Shown here piece by piece: positions 62,866-64,000 of a stretch of DNA of 64,000 nucleotides. The DNA lies in contig DAIOVU010000009.1 in assembly GCA_036758845.1 (NCBI GenBank), positions 10,166 to 74,165 on the forward strand, given 5' to 3'. Source of the DNA: Sediminibacterium sp. (lineage in GTDB: Bacteria; Bacteroidota; Bacteroidia; Chitinophagales; Chitinophagaceae). Positions within the stretch are counted from its first letter, which is position 1. Each line of letters starts with the position of its first letter. Under the pieces are notes generated by a model that worked only from the letters and a program-made list of their open reading frames with translations, was not told the origin of the DNA and did no database searches. The position numbers and the translations under genes were made by a program.

Positions 62866-63708
62866 TTAGTCTAATTTGTATTCCGTAGGAGTTTTGCCGT
62901 AGTGCTTTCTAAATGCCTTATTAAAACTTGGTATGGTTTCAAAGCCACAGTCGTAGGCAACATCAGCAATTGCCTTGTTTTTTATTTGAAGTAATTGAGA
63001 GGCTTTTTCTAATTTTTTCAATAAAATATATTTGGCTGGGGTTTCATTGTAATGTTCATTAAATTTTCGCTTAAATGTTGTAACACCACAATTACAAAGC
63101 TGTGCCAATTCTTCTACTGATATGTCTGTAAAAATATTTTGTTGAATTACTTCCTTAAAATTGTATTCGTGAGGTACAAATAATGATTCCACAAAATCAT
63201 AAACTGAACTTGCATTTTCACTTTTACTCAAAATCAATAAAAGCTCTTTAACTTTATTTAAAATTATATTTTCATCTACAATAGATTGATTTTCTAATAA
63301 AAAATCTATGCTGTCAATAAACAATTTCATCAATGGCTCTACATTCACTTTTAGTACATCGAACTTCTTTTGAAAATGCTTTATAGACAAATCTTTCTCG
63401 AAAAACCCTTTTACCATTTCGGGATAAAAGAAAGCACTTATTAAAGCGATATTGTCGTTTTCTGTATTTTCCTGTACAGATATATTTTCAAAAAAATAGT
63501 TACCACACTTGGCTAACATCGCTTCGTTTTTGCAGTAAGTCAGCACATTTGTTGGTGTCCGAAATTGAAAAGAGCCATTAGTTAAAAACAAAAAGCAAGC
63601 TTCGGTTTCTGAAAAATGTTTAGGAATACGTTTAAAATCAGGTGTCATTACTAATTTTTCAAACACTGGTTTGTTGTTATGGCTTATTGTTTTATGGTCT
63701 AGTATCAT
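62866..63708 (-). CDS. AraC family transcriptional regulator
   Basis: 280 aa. C-terminal double HTH (VEELAQLCNCGVTTFKRKFNEHYNETPAKYILLKKLEKA...IADVAYDCGFETIPSFNKAFRKHYGKTP). Confidence 0.85.
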   Translation of the reverse strand: MILDHKTISHNNKPVFEKLVMTPDFKRIPKHFSETEACFLFLTNGSFQFRTPTNVLTYCKNEAMLAKCGNYFFENISVQENTENDNIALISAFFYPEMVKGFFEKDLSIKHFQKKFDVLKVNVEPLMKLFIDSIDFLLENQSIVDENIILNKVKELLLILSKSENASSVYDFVESLFVPHEYNFKEVIQQNIFTDISVEELAQLCNCGVTTFKRKFNEHYNETPAKYILLKKLEKASQLLQIKNKAIADVAYDCGFETIPSFNKAFRKHYGKTPTEYKLD

Positions 63709-64000
63709 ATTTCTTTTCTTTCAGTTTGTCAGTTAGCAGGGTGCTTCGGTAGGGTGACGCATAACTTGTAAATATCCGAAAAACCTTCCTAAAAACATTC
63801 ACAAACCCAGCCCTACAAAGCTGATACACGTATTAGTTTTGCGTTTTTTAAGTATCTCAAAGTACGCCAATCCATCCATCCCCTACCGGGAAAAATCCCG
63901 CATTTCACCTCGCACAGAATATAAATAAGCCAATACAACACAAATGAAAATGTTATTGGCAGGTACGCAAGCATTTAGCGATGTAACAGGTTTTGGGTTG

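Larger units (their letters stand above)
58200..63720. other. AT-rich putative horizontally acquired island (composite)
   Basis: Hand counts of 60-100 nt samples give about 27-30% GC inside (59101..59200 and 63001..63060). Flanking core genes are visibly GC-richer. All six ORFs are on the minus strand. No integrase or flanking direct repeats were found. Confidence 0.5.

Noticed and set aside
63944-64000. Possible start of a plus-strand gene (ATGAAAATGTTATTGGCAGGT...) at the right edge of the window
   Set aside because: Only 19 codons are visible, so neither coding status nor function can be supported.

Overview
This 64 kb window looks like a chromosomal segment of a Bacteroidota genome. The gldKLMN gliding/T9SS operon, a TonB-dependent receptor, DUF4271-hemD synteny and WG-repeat proteins suggest a Chitinophagaceae/Sphingobacteriia-like organism, but the exact taxon cannot be proven from the sequence. 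I support about 60 protein genes, one tRNA-Arg(CCG) and one cobalamin riboswitch. I found no rRNA, CRISPR array, transposase or integrase.

Gene content, left to right:
- uvrC, then gldN-M-L-K.
- A DUF255 thioredoxin-domain protein, hemD plus DUF4271, hemW, gpsA.
- An orphan TolC plus periplasmic-adaptor pair.
- A PLP transsulfuration enzyme plus an APC permease.
- A B12-riboswitch-controlled operon: TonB-dependent receptor, CWC protein, CobC-like phosphatase.
- marC and a 3.2 kb cassette (DUF2752, TM2, AraC, beta-barrel protein, DoxX) bracketed by 203 bp direct repeats.
- An accessory patch next to the tRNA.
- An eight-gene carotenoid cluster (ECF sigma, crtI, crtB, idi, crtD-like, CruF-like, crtZ, crtY).
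- rfbA/C/B and a sugar-modification/MurNAc-salvage-like set that includes an AmgK-like kinase fused to a RapZ C-terminal domain.
- A damage-response-like divergent cluster: PA0069-family radical SAM and two 2H phosphoesterases facing umuD-DUF559-umuC.
- An AT-rich island at about 58.2-63.7 kb.

Most notable observations:
1. An Upf1-like SF1 helicase fused to a DUF2726 nuclease-like domain is split by a single in-frame TAG inside the AT-rich island. It is a candidate helicase-nuclease defence gene.
2. A DUF559 endonuclease gene, bounded by inverted CCCCCTGAAGGGGG palindromes, sits exactly in the umuD-umuC junction. An empty copy of the same element sits between the AmgK-like and MurU-like genes.
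3. At least five families of word-built palindromic intergenic repeats are present. They remodel ORF ends, and one copy lies inside the riboswitch variable region.

All functional calls rest on motif recognition by eye. No database search was run.
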